Assembly: GCA_030704615.1 (NCBI GenBank)
Contig: CM060734.1
Coordinates: forward strand, 44,268,001 to 44,332,000
From: Takakia lepidozioides
Lineage: Eukaryota; Plantae; Bryophyta
Length of the DNA stretch: 64,000 bases
Direction: 5' to 3'
A program made the position numbers and the translations under genes. The notes beneath the pieces were generated by a model. That model was not told where the DNA came from. It was given only the letters and a program-made list of their open reading frames with translations, and did no database searches. Below, one piece after another: positions 36,801-49,220 of this stretch; the first letter of the stretch is position 1, and each line of letters begins with the position of its first letter.

Positions 36801-39380
36801 CCTCATCTGACTCATCCTCAGAGTCATCATCATCCCTTTTCTCTCTCCTAAGCATTCCCAATTGCTCAATTCTGTTCGCTGTTTCAAATGCCTCCTCCAC
36901 TGTATTATGGGGTAACATATCCACTTTCTTTTGCAACTCTGGTCTTAGTCCACTCACAAACCAAGTCTTCTGTAAACCTGGTGCTGGTACAGCAGCCAGC
37001 TTTTTCATCATCAATTTCATCTTTTCCATATACTCCTTAACAGTTTCATGCTTCTTTTGCTTTAACTGTTGTAAACTTCCATACACTTCATCCTCAGTTT
37101 TACTTGTCCTGAACCTATTTCGGAACGCTGTATTCAAGCCATTCCAGGTTAGGAAATGATTATCAGGGAATCTTGCATACCATTCACTTGCTTTCTTTAT
37201 AAGTGAACAAGGAAACAGTCTCATCTTGGCATCATCGCCATTCTCATTGTTCACAATACACATGTGCTCAAATTGGCTAATGTGTACATCAAGATCCCCT
37301 TTTCCTGAATATATTGGAAAATGTGGTTTTGCCCGTGTTGGTTGTAACGCCATCTATGGCCCTACCTTCTGCCCACTGACAGATGTTGGCCCCCTTGCTG
37401 GTGCTGGTCCTTGAGGACCTGTTGTAGTTGTGGTGGATCTTCCACCAAGTGCTGGCCCTTGAGCACTCCCTGCTACTGGCCCCACTATATCCACAGTATT
37501 CCCAGCTCCAGTTGCACTACTTCCCACACTCCCTGTCCTCCCAGAGCCAGATCCAGGCTGCCCGCCTGATCCCCCTGAGCCGACACCTTCGTTGGCCTGT
37601 GATCCAAGTGCTCCACTTGATCCAGGTCCAACGGGTTGGGATATCCTGGTTGTAGTCTCAACCTCAGCTGTTGGGTCTACTTCTTCAAACTCTTCCTCTT
37701 CCAATTTCTTCTCTCTGTTTTCATCCTCCAAGTTCTGCCCTTGGGTTTCTTCTTCACTCATGTAACTCAACTGCAATGGTGTTGGAGAGTCTGAACTCTC
37801 CGTTGGCTCTGCCACATCCTCTCCTCCTTCCTCGTCTTCCGTCTCAGAAACTGGAGTTCCTGCTTTTGGTGTTCCATGCCAACTCTTATCAAAGATTTCT
37901 GTCAAATCTTTTATCCAGGGATGTACCTTAGATCTTTCACCTCGTGGTTGATCTTCTTCCTGTACCAATTCCCTTAATCTTTCTTGCAAAGAAAAAGAAG
38001 GAGTGGCATCCAACTCTAGTTCTTCCGGTATGGGTGATGTACTCTCTGATCTTAATGGTGTGAGAGGTCCAGATGATTCCCCTATGTCTATTCCTCTCTC
38101 CCAAAGATATGGATAATTAGCTTTCAGATAACTTTCTCTTTTTGTGGAGTCTAGCTGCTCTTTCATCACTCATGTCCCATGTCTTTCATTTCTTTAATGT
38201 GGCAATAACCAAAACTCTCTTCTGTAGTATCTCTCGTATATGCCTGGGTTTCTTTCAAGCTTCAATGCACCTTTGGCTATACTAGAAGTCTCCGTTACCA
38301 TATAACCATATGGCAAACAAGTCTGGAAAGCTGTTCTTGGTGTGAGTTTGATCCACAAAATATCCTTTGGAATCCAATTCTTTACCAGAACAAGCTCCTC
38401 ATGCATATGAGTATAAACATTCACCTTCCTTTCCTCCCAGCCTTCAAACTCTGCTCGCTTAATGGATAGCAATGCTATCACATAAACCAGTGTTGGTAAC
38501 CAACGTGCTCTTCCTCTACAGGCCACCTGATAAATCTTTATCACTCCTTTCTCCAGACCCCACTCAGGGTCAGCATCATGCACTCTCTTAAGAATGTTTT
38601 ATTTACAACCGTCTGGCAATTCCAAGAACCTCTGAAAGAATTGTTTGGACAATCTTTCCTTCTCAGTTTCACAAGGAATTTGATTCACATCAAATTCTTT
38701 AATTCTCCAACCACCATGATCCCACCAGATGCCTGTCACATCTGGTTGTTCATGACTTAGTTCCCCAGTATGGTCGCCAAATGTCGAGCGGCTTTTACTC
38801 ACCCATCCCTTCGCTATCCGAGGTGGAAACTCCAAGATAGAAGAGTTGGATATCTCTAAGCACTCAGCCCACTCAGAACAATCAGTCATGACCTGCAGCT
38901 AGTGAATCATGGTTGTGCTTCCTATTTGCATTCCTTCTTGCCTTCATGTTATCAATTTACCTTACCGTGTATACTGAAGCATCAGATTGCTTCAGTATCT
39001 ACTAAGTTCCAGTTAATCATGCATTCATTCCACAGCTTCACTCATGTCTCTCTACACAGTGTGGTTGTATCGAATAAGTATCAGATTATGATTTATCAGG
39101 TATCAGGCCAATATTATGGTGACTCTAATATGCCCTACAGTATCACTACAGCTTTGCATGTAACAAGCATCTACTGTTCATATTTCCTCCTTCTCCGTGC
39201 TCTCGTTCTTGCTCTCCGCCTGATCTCCTCTCATGCATGCCCCAGAAGCGCTCCCCGTGAAGTGATCCCCTTCCCGTTGCCGCTCTCCTAATCTACCCGC
39301 AAGCTGTTCTAACCACCTAACTAACTAACCGTCACCCCTGAAATAACACGTTCCCTCTGCAGATATCGTTCCATCACAGT
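33847..39380 (-). mobile_element. Second Ty3/Gypsy retrotransposon, interrupted at the RNase H end by the chromovirus
   Basis: Gag 36658-37353, three CCHC-type knuckles (CAKCQNEGHTTTEC, one degenerate, CYYCNQAGHRKAAC), protease LIDGGSGVN, RT FLDDF, RNase H to YKPGR. The 5' LTR boundary is uncertain. Confidence 0.9.
34185..35039 (-). pseudogene. Reverse transcriptase of the second Gypsy element
   Basis: WLSPIVIVPKKNGKLRVCV, MDGFSGYNQ, MPFGLCNAPATFQR, VFLDDF. Confidence 0.93.
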
Positions 39381-39409
39381 TGTTCCCTGTCAATGATAAC
39401 TGTTCCCCA

Positions 39410-39640
39410 TGTACTGTGACAGACTGTGTCAAGCTGTGCCGAGCTGTGACTGGCTGTGTAAAGTTGTGCCGGGCTGTGACTGGCTGTGCAAAGCTGTGGC
39501 GGACTGTGTAAAGCTGTGTCGGGCTGTGATTGGCTGTGCAAAGCTGTGGCGGGCTGTGATTGGCTGTGTAAAGCTGTGTCGGGTTGTGTAAAGCTGTGCG
39601 AAGCTGTGTCGGGCTGTGACTGGCTGTGTCAGGCTGTGTA
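39410..39640. repeat. 10-bp tandem minisatellite (NNGCTGTGNN)
   Basis: About 23 consecutive units such as aagctgtgtc, gggctgtgac and tggctgtgta. Confidence 0.9.
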
Positions 39641-39839
39641 ACCCCCCTAAAGCTTGTTGCTGCCACCCCTAAGGCTCCTGTTGGTCTCAGTCTGCGCAAA
39701 AATTAAGGGTACCCCACAGAACCCGTAAAAGCGTCTAAGTCCCAAACATCCCTCTAACAACCCCAGTTGTGCTTGTATTTTGATATGAAAATAGCCTACA
39801 CACAGCATCTCTGGCAGGTTGAATCCACCCCGAATTGGA

Positions 39840-40342
39840 AGCTCAAACAGTGTGCGGCAACGCACACTGTTTGAGCCCCCCATTTTGCTTGTTTTCTAAT
39901 GTGCAAAACGGCCACATAGGGCCACTATGGCAGGTTCAATCCACCCCGAATTGGAAGCTCAAACAGTGTGCGTCAACGCACACTGTTTGAGCCCCCCTTA
40001 TGCCTTGTTTTTTGGTGTGGAAATGGTGCACACAAGGGTCTCTCTGTCCGGTTCAATCCACCCCTATTTCGAAGCTCAAATAGTGTGCGCCAACGCACAC
40101 TGTTCGAGCTCCCCTTCTCATTGTTTTTTTCACAATAAAATCGTCCAGACAGGGTATCTCTATGAGGTTCAATCAACAATTTCCTGGCAGCTCCAGCAGT
40201 GTGTGTCAACGCACACTGTTTGAGCCTACCTTGTCATTGTTTTTTTCATTTGAAAATCGGCCACATAGGGCATCTCTTTGAGGTTCAATGCACACTTACC
40301 TGGCAGCTCAAACAGTGTGCGTCAACGCACACTGTTTGAGCC
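39840..40342. repeat. Five ~117-bp units each containing the long palindrome GCTCAAACAGTGTGCG-tcaa-CGCACACTGTTTGAGC
   Basis: Copies near 39841, 39957, 40074, 40190 and 40306. Confidence 0.9.
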
Positions 40343-40451
40343 CACCTTGTCATTGTTTTTTTTATGTGAAAATCGGCCACATAGGGCATGTCTTTTGACA
40401 ATTGATTATAGATCGTGGTCCGAGATTGCAATTACCATGTTGTGAGGGGAG

Positions 40452-42361
40452 ATGGAGAGACTTCAGCTACAGAGAGAGAGGCGAGACTTGAGGGTTCAGA
40501 GAGAGGACCTTCAGAGACGTGGGCTAGTGATCGATAGAGCGAGACGAGAGTTGGCTATGGAGAGAGAGGAGCTTGAGGCGCCGAGATTGGAGCTCCATAG
40601 AGTGACACAGGAGTTGGAGAGTGAGCGGGGTGGTCTTCACTGATGTACAGAGACACTTGGAGGATTGCCCCCCGACGTTAGGGGACCTTGGCGACCAGCC
40701 GGAGTTATTTGGATGTTATGATCATGATAGCCCGATCCATGCGCTCTCTGAGCAGCCAGTAGTTGATGGAGGATCCATACCCGAGCCATTGGAACCATTG
40801 GAGACAGAGATGGATATTGGCCTTATTGGCAGTCTCGTTCAGTCTTGCATTGGGATGATGGTTGAGCAGCGCATAGTTGCTACTTTCATCATGGATGGTG
40901 AGATGGACAGGCGAGTCCATTTAGCATAGGTTCTTCCATGGGCTGCATCCACCTCTGATTCAGTCTTGTTTATACGTTTGGATCGCGACGTGTCTTCTGG
41001 TCATTTTTTCGTGGGTCTTCACATGTTTGAGCGGCCTTTGCACACTGTTATCACTATGCGTATGGTATATGCACATGACAATGGAGGGATAATGCTTATT
41101 TCTCCACGTTATGAGGAGTTGGAGGATTTATTATCTCGTATCCCCATTGATACGCCAGCTACAGTGCGATCCAGACGGACTTCTTATGTAGGGGGGACTT
41201 CTTATATGGTTCCTCCATTGCTTTGTTCTGAGGGATCAGTGCGATATTTCGAGGGCCGACGATTTCTGAGAGTGGATGCACATGCCATCAGAGTTGGTGG
41301 GGTGATGACATTTTGTTATCCAGGATCTTACGTACGATATGCGGTCCATGACGCTGTGGGATTGGTGGATAAAGCATTGTGATCAGTCATAGAGGTTTTG
41401 GAGTGTATTGTGGATGAGGATGGGAGTCCCTTACGTTTGGGCCCGACGACTTTTGACCTTAGCCGATATTAGAGCTAGAGGTTGTACAATTCCGGAGGCT
41501 ATCCAGTCTACAACTCCTCCCATTATGGATTCCACAGGTGTACTTCAGCATCATGAACGATTATCCAGACGGGCAGAGGTCTTTTACACCACCAAGGGTT
41601 TCATTTGTCACGTTCAAGATGTGTGGGGTATGTATACTCATGCACATATATATTTGTTGATATTATGACATATATTATTTGTATAAATATAAATTCTTGA
41701 GAAGTGTTTCCAATCATATACTAATTTGAATGGATAAACTAATAATTGGTCTTTGTTTGTGCGTATAGATATTGTGGATATGTTTTTCACACCTCGCAGC
41801 TACTTGAGATGGTTTGGACGTGTGCCGCAAGAGATAACATACTTTTGCCAGTATTTTGTAGTCCTCACCTCTCCTTATGCATCTTGGACTTGACTACGAG
41901 TGAGGGGTTCTGATGAGGCCATAGTCAGACGTATGGCTAGTAGTCGTGAGTATACAACTGATGCAGGTGCTTTGCCTTCTTCCATAGACATCCCACAGCC
42001 TCACGTACGTGTCATTATATTCAGGGTGGTTTTGGGTCGTCAGATATTTGCATGTTTGACCAGTGAGTCTCACTATCGTTCGTTTGGATACGTAGATGTA
42101 CCATGTGATAGTGATACATAGGCCAGTGTATTTGGTCCATTGCTGGTTTTTTCTCCAGCCATCCACCACCCCCATTACATTGAGGTCACCATCCAGGGGT
42201 ATGATTGTTTGCGTCAGTACATCTTTTTTGCCTGGAGTTCGTTTCCCGACCGCCATATTGCCATGGCGACAGAGGATTATCCTCATCCTCCTCGAGTGAG
42301 AGTAGCACCGAGCATGACTTTTCGTTGGTACCAGCATAGTGCTAGTTATCCGCACTTATAG
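40452..42361 (+). pseudogene. Decayed gene of unknown function (coiled-coil N-terminus), cargo of a repeat-flanked element
   Basis: Consecutive + strand ORF pieces (40452, 40621, 40966, 41408, 41900, 42140) broken by stops, with an AT-rich intron-like block at about 41610-41800. No family recognised. Confidence 0.45.
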
Positions 42362-42479
42362 GTCTCTTTCACATGGGATAGGTTTACTTGGGATCATGGG
42401 TCGGCTTGGTACTTAGCTTTATATACATCTATGGAGTTTGATGAGCCTTAGTCTTGAGCCTCACTCACGTTGTATGATA

Positions 42480-43250
42480 CATATTTGTTTTGTGATACAC
42501 ATCATATGTTTCGTTGGTTGTCATTTTTTGTGTGAAAGTACGTATATAGAGACTGTTTGCCCCGACAAAGTTTCGAATCCAACAATACACATATAGGTAC
42601 TCAACAGATCGTTCCATGCCTGGATGATTTTCATTCAATGGCATACTTTTTGTGAACGTATATCCATGTATGATAAATCGTCCGTACAAAGTTGCGTATC
42701 CAAGTAAAATCATCCGAATACCGAACGATTTGCCAAACAATTGTTCCTTTTGCAAAAAGCTTACATACAACTAAGCAACCACACTTGAATGAAATTCGTT
42801 GGTTATTATTTTTTGTGTGAATGTACGTATATAGGTACTCTTTGCCGCGGCAAAGTTTTGCATCCATCAAATCTCCTATAGGTACTCAACGGATCGTTCC
42901 ATGCCTGGATGATTTTCATTCGATGACATACTTTTTGTGAACGTATGTGCATGTATGATAAACGTCCGTACAAAGTTTCGGATCCAAGTAAAATCATACG
43001 AATACCGAACGATTTGCCAAACCATTGTTTCTTTTGCAAAAAACTTACATATAACTAAGCAACCACACTTGAATGAATTTCATTGGTTGTCATTTTTTGT
43101 GTGAATGTATGTATATAGGGACTGTATGCCCCGACAAAGTTTCGCATCCAACAAAACTCATATAGGTACTCAACGGATCGTTCCAGGACTGGATGATTTT
43201 CATTCGATGGCATACCATTTGTGAACGTATAACTGCACATCCATTCTCTG
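42480..43250. repeat. About three tandem ~284-bp units
   Basis: ggtactcaac at about 42596, 42881 and 43164, and aagcaaccacacttgaatgaa at about 42773 and 43057. Confidence 0.85.
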
Positions 43251-43589
43251 GATTTTTGCTCCAGCCCATATTTGGTCACAACTTAGCGATAAATATCACT
43301 ACAGGTTTTGGGTTTTGGGGGGTTAGCGACACCGCTAGGACACCGCGGCGTCGCCAACGCCCCTTTTTGGGACGGGTTTGCAGCCCCAATTTGCGACCGC
43401 CCAAGCGGGGAGCTGGCGGGGCCTTGGGTGTCGCAAACGTTACTCGGACGTCGCAGAGGGGTTGGAGATAGCGACGCCACGCCACTCCACGCTTCGCCCT
43501 GGGGATCCTCTCTTTTGGCTTGTGCGGCCTTAGTAAGGATCCTATCATTCGACATAAATGACATATGACTATGTTACTGAGGACCGTTC

Positions 43590-44175
43590 AGTACCTAAGC
43601 ACGTAAGCACATGTGGACCAAAGATGAGTTTGAACCAAGTTCATTCAATGGGTTATTGAAGTGATGAACGCAGCTACGTGTCATAGAGACGGAAAACTGC
43701 GTTTCGCCTGCACATTTTTTTTTCATTCCATTCTCAATCCATATGTTTAATGACATCATATGCAATGTGCGTGCAAATTTTGGGAGTGAACAAAAGTCAT
43801 TTGGACCCAAAACCATATTTTCTTTCCTCGTTTGCACTCCAAAGTTGAGTTATTTTCAACTTCATGCACTCTTCATAAAGAGTTCTGCAAAAGTGAACGA
43901 AGAAAATATTTTATTTTGTTTTTGTTTTTGTTTGGTCCAAGTTTTGGCATGGATATAGTTGATTTCCTTAAAATCGAGACCGTCGGAACTGGCAATCCTG
44001 AATTTATTAATTAAATTCTTGAAATTCGGGACTAACAACTCCGACGGTCCCGATTTATTAAATATTTTGTTGAAAATTCGGGATCGCCAAAGCTTGCGGT
44101 CCATATTTATTAAACATTTTTAAAAATTTGGGACCACTGGATTCAGTGAAAATAATTTTTGAAATTTTGGACCAC
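43590..44175. repeat. Terminal-repeat family segment homologous to 10830-11200, followed by a ~51-bp phased GGGACC/GGTCCC array
   Basis: taagcacatgtggaccaaag..tttcgcctgcacat..cttcatgcactcttcata is shared with 10830-11100. Sites lie near 43976, 44027, 44079 and 44130. Confidence 0.7.
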
Positions 44176-45769
44176 TAAATGTGACATGTTTACATACTAT
44201 AGGTAAACTATGCAATATAAAAGTTAAAATTAAAAAAAAATTACACGACGTAAATTCAATTTTTGAGATGATGTGATGTACTTCGGAGGTGACGCTGATT
44301 TTTTGTATATGTCACATCAAGTTTGACAAGAAAGAAAAGGGAAAAAAAAAAATTGTCTGTCAAAAGAAATGCAATAAGAAAAAAATGTCTATCACAGTGA
44401 AAGACGAAAAAAAAAACAAAGAAAAACAAAAACAAAATACAGGAATTATTGATAATTACTAGGAATTTTATTACTAAGTCTACCTAAGAGAGCCTCAAAT
44501 GTATAATTTTTTAATAGTTATTGATAATCTTGAACCTGAACCTCTATGTCTCTCTTACTTTCTTTGTTGTGCATGCTCCAACAAGCAAGCTCTCGCGCAG
44601 GGCTCTCAGTGGGCCGGTACGCTACGTGCTCCAGCCTCCAAGCAAGCTCTCGTGGCTCCCAGTGGCGAGATACGCTGATACACCGGTACACCTGGTAGGC
44701 TGGTACGCCTGGTACATGAGCAAATGAGATGAAGTCTTCAATAGTGGGTACGCTACTACAAACAGAGCACGTACGTACCTCCTCACTTTGATTCTTGCAT
44801 TCACAATTTTAATATAGTTTATCTAGGATCCACTTTACTAAAGTAGTCATTGCTTTATATATGAAGTTTATGAATTGAATAGTGAACACTAAGCGGAATG
44901 TACAATTCTAAGCTCCTATATTCTGGTACGGGGGACGCTGGTCTAGCCTGTAAGCAAGCTCTTGCGGCTCCCAGTGGATTGGTACTCTGTTACGCTAGTA
45001 CATGACGATGAGCAAGTGAGAGGGAGCCTTAAATACTGATATGCTGGTGCATACAGGGCATGTATGTACCTCCTCACTGTGATTCTTGCATTCACTATTT
45101 TAGTATAGTTTCTCTAGGATTTGACTCTTTATTAAAGTAATCATTGCTTGATATATTAAAGTTATTACTTGAATAATAAACCCTAAGTTAAATGTACTAT
45201 TCCAAGCACTCCCATATTCTAGTACAAGGGACACAAGTATAGTGTATAGGGACTCGAGTACAAAAATATTATTCAATAGAAAGTTACAATTCTAAATTGT
45301 CATATATTCTAATACAAGGACACAAATACATTGTATAGGCTAGGGACATGAGCATAGAAGTATTTATATTGAATGTGAAGTTGGCATTAATGACTCGTTC
45401 ATGGCTTTTGGAAATAATTCAAGGGTGGGAAGACCAAAGAAAAATACATCTCAACGATAAGTAATGTCTTTTATTTGGCTCACAAAGGTCATTGTATCGA
45501 GTTGACTTCCACGAGGTACCAAATCTTTACTTAAGCTACTGGCATTATTTGACCTGACTTAGGCTTTGGTTTTCTTTGATTGGTGTGAATTTATTGATAT
45601 GCTAAGTGAGAGATTTATGACAGGGTGAATTGTTGTCAGAAAATTGTTGTTTGGCAAATTTCATCATGACCTTCTTCTTCTGACACTTTATCAGAAAGCC
45701 AAAATTCCGAAATAGATGAAGATTTCTCCGACTCTACAGATGCCCATCAACTTCTATCTTCCGGAGCTT

Positions 45770-46400
45770 GTGGTCCCCAAGATAGGACCTATAATCGAAG
45801 ATTTTAAGCTTCATGGAAAATTGGGAGGAAATGGTTTATGTACTTCAAACCACCAGATGGGCCGTCGACTGGTTTTATGAAATGTGCTGCTTGTGAGGAG
45901 TTCTATATGAACTCGTCATGGGGTCGTGGAATAGGATACAAGAGGATGCAAAAGTCTGTTATTCGTGATCATGAAAAAAGCTCCGATCATAAAACTGCAT
46001 TGCTTCGATGAGAAACTGTTCATTTTCCTCCTTCTGGTTTGGTTCATATTACCCAACATATTTAACATGCAGTTGAGAGAACACATGTAATGATCATCAC
46101 TTGCATGAAGAACTTGTTTTTCATTGTAATTCAAGACCGTTCTATTCTAGGTTATGAGTGCGAATATCAATTCCTGAGGACCTTGAACATCCCTGATATG
46201 CCTGTGAATGATGAGTATGGAGCTTATACTACAAAGACGGCGACATTGGAGTTTATGTGGGCCTTGTCAGAGCATGTGAAACAATTATTGTATTCCGATG
46301 TTTCAAAGTCTCCCACGTTTTCACTTATGATTGACGAGTCCACTGACCGGACTATTGAACAACATTTGATTATGTATTATTGTTATCTGAGTTTGGAAGG
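45770..46400 (+). pseudogene. hAT-family transposase N-terminal remnant (TTF-type zinc finger and first catalytic Asp region)
   Basis: SWKIGRKW..MKCAAC..HEKSSDH, and KSPTFSLMIDESTDRTIEQHLIMY. Confidence 0.75.
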
Positions 46401-47165
46401 AAGTGACATGCTCAGCTGTATGAGCAAATTCATTTCTGAAATGCAAAACTCGTATTTCCAGATCCAGTGCGGGCTCTCCAGCGCCTGTATTCACATGTTT
46501 GTTTCGTCCTTACAATAGCAGAAAAAAACAAGTCTCACAAATTTTGGTTCTGTTCGGATGATTCGCAGATGTGTGAATGTCACAGTGCGAGATTCAATGC
46601 TCAACAAACCACCTCCACCAAATAATATTTGGCCTGTGAAGCTTGGAACACATTTTACCGACGTCGAGATCGCATTCTTGGAGGATGCGAGGTCTATACT
46701 GCAATGTCGTGATATTTCCGTTGCCCCACCTTTGATTCCATAATAGTCTCGAGACATTCCGTGTACTTAGGTCATTCCACCGAGAGCAAATATATATCCT
46801 AGAGAACGAAATGGTAAATCTGTTCGTCGTAACCCACCCATTGCAAATCATTTTGGCAAGATGAAGACTGCAAGATTTTTGCTCGGGTGTAAAATACTGT
46901 GGAGGTTCATTCACCAGGCTATGGTTGGGTTTACACCGTTGGGATCTGCTTTCAGCAACAGATGTTATGAAGTAATAGTGGAAAATTACCTAGCTTGCAA
47001 TTCTCCCGATTTCGTAAGCATGTTGTCTATGAGCCTCGGGAAGAGGGGCAACTATATTCCTTGCAAACACTCGTATGAAAATGATGTATTGTGATCATGA
47101 CATGGACTTCTGCATATATCAGCCAACCCTTAGTTTCAACGAGGTGCATACTTTGCTACAACCGG
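46400..47165 (+). pseudogene. C-terminal (Cys-rich and SWIM) remnant of a relative of the 21689-25090 transposase
   Basis: PAPVF, FWFC.DD, PPNNIWPVKLG, GSAFSNRCYEV..ACNSPDF..YIPCKH and QPTLSFNEVHTLL parallel PAPTF, FWFCRHD, PPVWPVEPG, GSAVRNEVY..CNCTDF..CPCKH and APGLSPQEVHTLL. Confidence 0.75.
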
Positions 47166-47682
47166 ATACAGGGAAACCCGATACCTTGATTTATTTCGTT
47201 AACGAAACCGTTGTTTGCCTCATTATATTAACTTGTTGAACTATTGTTTGATATTTGTGTGTTTTGGATGGTGTTGGTTATTGTGACTTTGTTTTTCTCT
47301 AACGTGTTATTCTTTTGTAGAATACCAAAGCTGTAGATATATGGAACTTGGAGCTTCTAGACATACATTATGGGTGCCTATTTCACATTTGGGTTTTGGG
47401 ATTTCCGTTTTGAAAACATATAGCTCCTATGATCGCGGTTTAAAAACATAAAACCCCCATGACCGTTGGTTTGTGCTCACCGGTGTGCTCATGTTCTACC
47501 AACCCCCAGATGGTCCCCACCAGTTGTACCTCAAGTTGGGTCTACCAAAAATTTGGGTGGTGGATCTCAATTTGATGACTTATCTTTGGGCCAACAACAA
47601 CCACACACGTGGTAGTGATTTGACAGGCATCCGAGTTTTAAGAAAAAGGGTCCGAAGCAACTACATGCACCCTATTTCGATG

Positions 47683-47877
47683 ATCATCCGTACATGAGGA
47701 CAAGCACGTGCTAAGCATACGGTGTATCAGTGTTTTTTTTTTCATTTTTCCAAAATCGTAAGCGAGGCCACATGTGAATAATCATCCGTACATGAGGACA
47801 AGCACGTGCTAAGCATACGGTGTATCAGTGTTTTTTTTTTCATTTTTCCAAAATCGTAAGCGAGGCCACATGTGAAT
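47683..47877. repeat. Near-perfect ~98-bp tandem duplication
   Basis: atcatccgtacatgagga...ccacatgtgaat occurs twice. Confidence 0.92.
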
Positions 47878-49087
47878 TCTACCCAGTGCCCATGTGGCGA
47901 GAATAACGAGGTGGTAGGTTAGAAAAATTGCTATATACCAGGTGGCACGCTTTTAACTGGTCCGCGTTGGCAAAATCAGACTCTGGATATTCAGCTAATG
48001 GCGTTTTTTGGTGAAATTTTCAGATTTTATCCCCCACAATTCCTTTGTTCAAATATCGGAGCCATTTTCTAGGTCGAAATCTGGCAATTTTTCGCTAAGG
48101 AAAAAACATTGTGGTGTATTGAGTGTGGGGACATATGATTGTGAGTTTCTGTTGCTTTACAAAACGCTTAAGCTCTGTCTATTTTGTGTCGGGGAGAGGT
48201 TGCCGGCCGGCTTCACCTCGCCTCCCAGCCTTTTTTGACATTCTTCATGGAGTAGGTGATACTAGAATAGTTTGATTTCTTTTTGTTAGTATATGTAGCT
48301 CTATGAGATTTTATTTCTCCTCCGGGGGACAATTTTATCCATCTGTACAGTCACCCCACCCACTTGCGTCTTTTTATAAAACTATGCGGAAGTTTAATAG
48401 CGTGAAATCTACTAAGCCGGTTACAGGAGGGAGATCCCATATTTCCTCTAGGGGTACTCCGTTCTTCCATGGCCAAGCACTTGCTCACAACTGCTACTGT
48501 CCTCCAAACAGCTAAACAGGCTGAGGAAAGGAGAACTTTAACCCAAGGCTAATTTTCGACGTAAAGTTCAAGAAAAAAAAGAAAAAAAAGGAAAAAAAAA
48601 AAGGTGCGACTTGCGCGCTTATGAAGGATTAAATTAAAATTTCCTTTCCTTCAACTCGGTAGAAAAATCTCAGTCCATCGCAGAATGGTCATTCTGACTC
48701 TTACGAAGAATCGCCGCATTATCTCCTTTTTCATTTTCTGAACTGGATTTGAGTTTGAAGTTTGAACCCAGAACCACCTCGCGTGTACGAAATCACCGGC
48801 GGGACACCTCTGTGGTTTCGCGGGGTCCACCTTCTGGTTTACTGTTTGTCCTAGTAGACTGGAGATAGCAGGTAACGATGACCGGGAACCGGATCCAAAC
48901 TTGGTTCCCCAAAAAGCGTGTGGATAAGGGAAAAACGCCGTCGCCGCGGTGACCGGGAGTAGTGGGTGGCCACGCAGTGGCGAAACCCGGATAGTACATG
49001 GCGATACAAGCGCCTTCCCCGGTTTCCGGCATGTCAAATCATCCCCACCCTGTCTTGACAGTGCCATGGAACTGAAGGAGGGTAAAC

Positions 49088-49220
49088 TCTAGTCGGGGTT
49101 ACATGGGGTTACACGGGGTTACACGACGGGGTGTGTAGCTCCACTGGGGGTTACATCGGGTTACACGACGAAGTGTGTAACTCCACTCGGGGTTACACAG
49201 AATGGAGTGTAACTCCAGTC
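49088..49220. repeat. GGGGTTACAC / GTGTAACTCC repeat cluster upstream of APX
   Basis: About six forward and three inverted copies forming small palindromes. Confidence 0.75.

Noticed and set aside
39840-40342. CRISPR-like 36-bp repeats
   Set aside because: The intervening sequences are homologous to each other, so this is a tandem repeat.
41990-42060. PARP-like strand (VIIFRVVLGR) in the unknown cargo gene
   Set aside because: Other ADP-ribosyltransferase catalytic motifs could not be placed.
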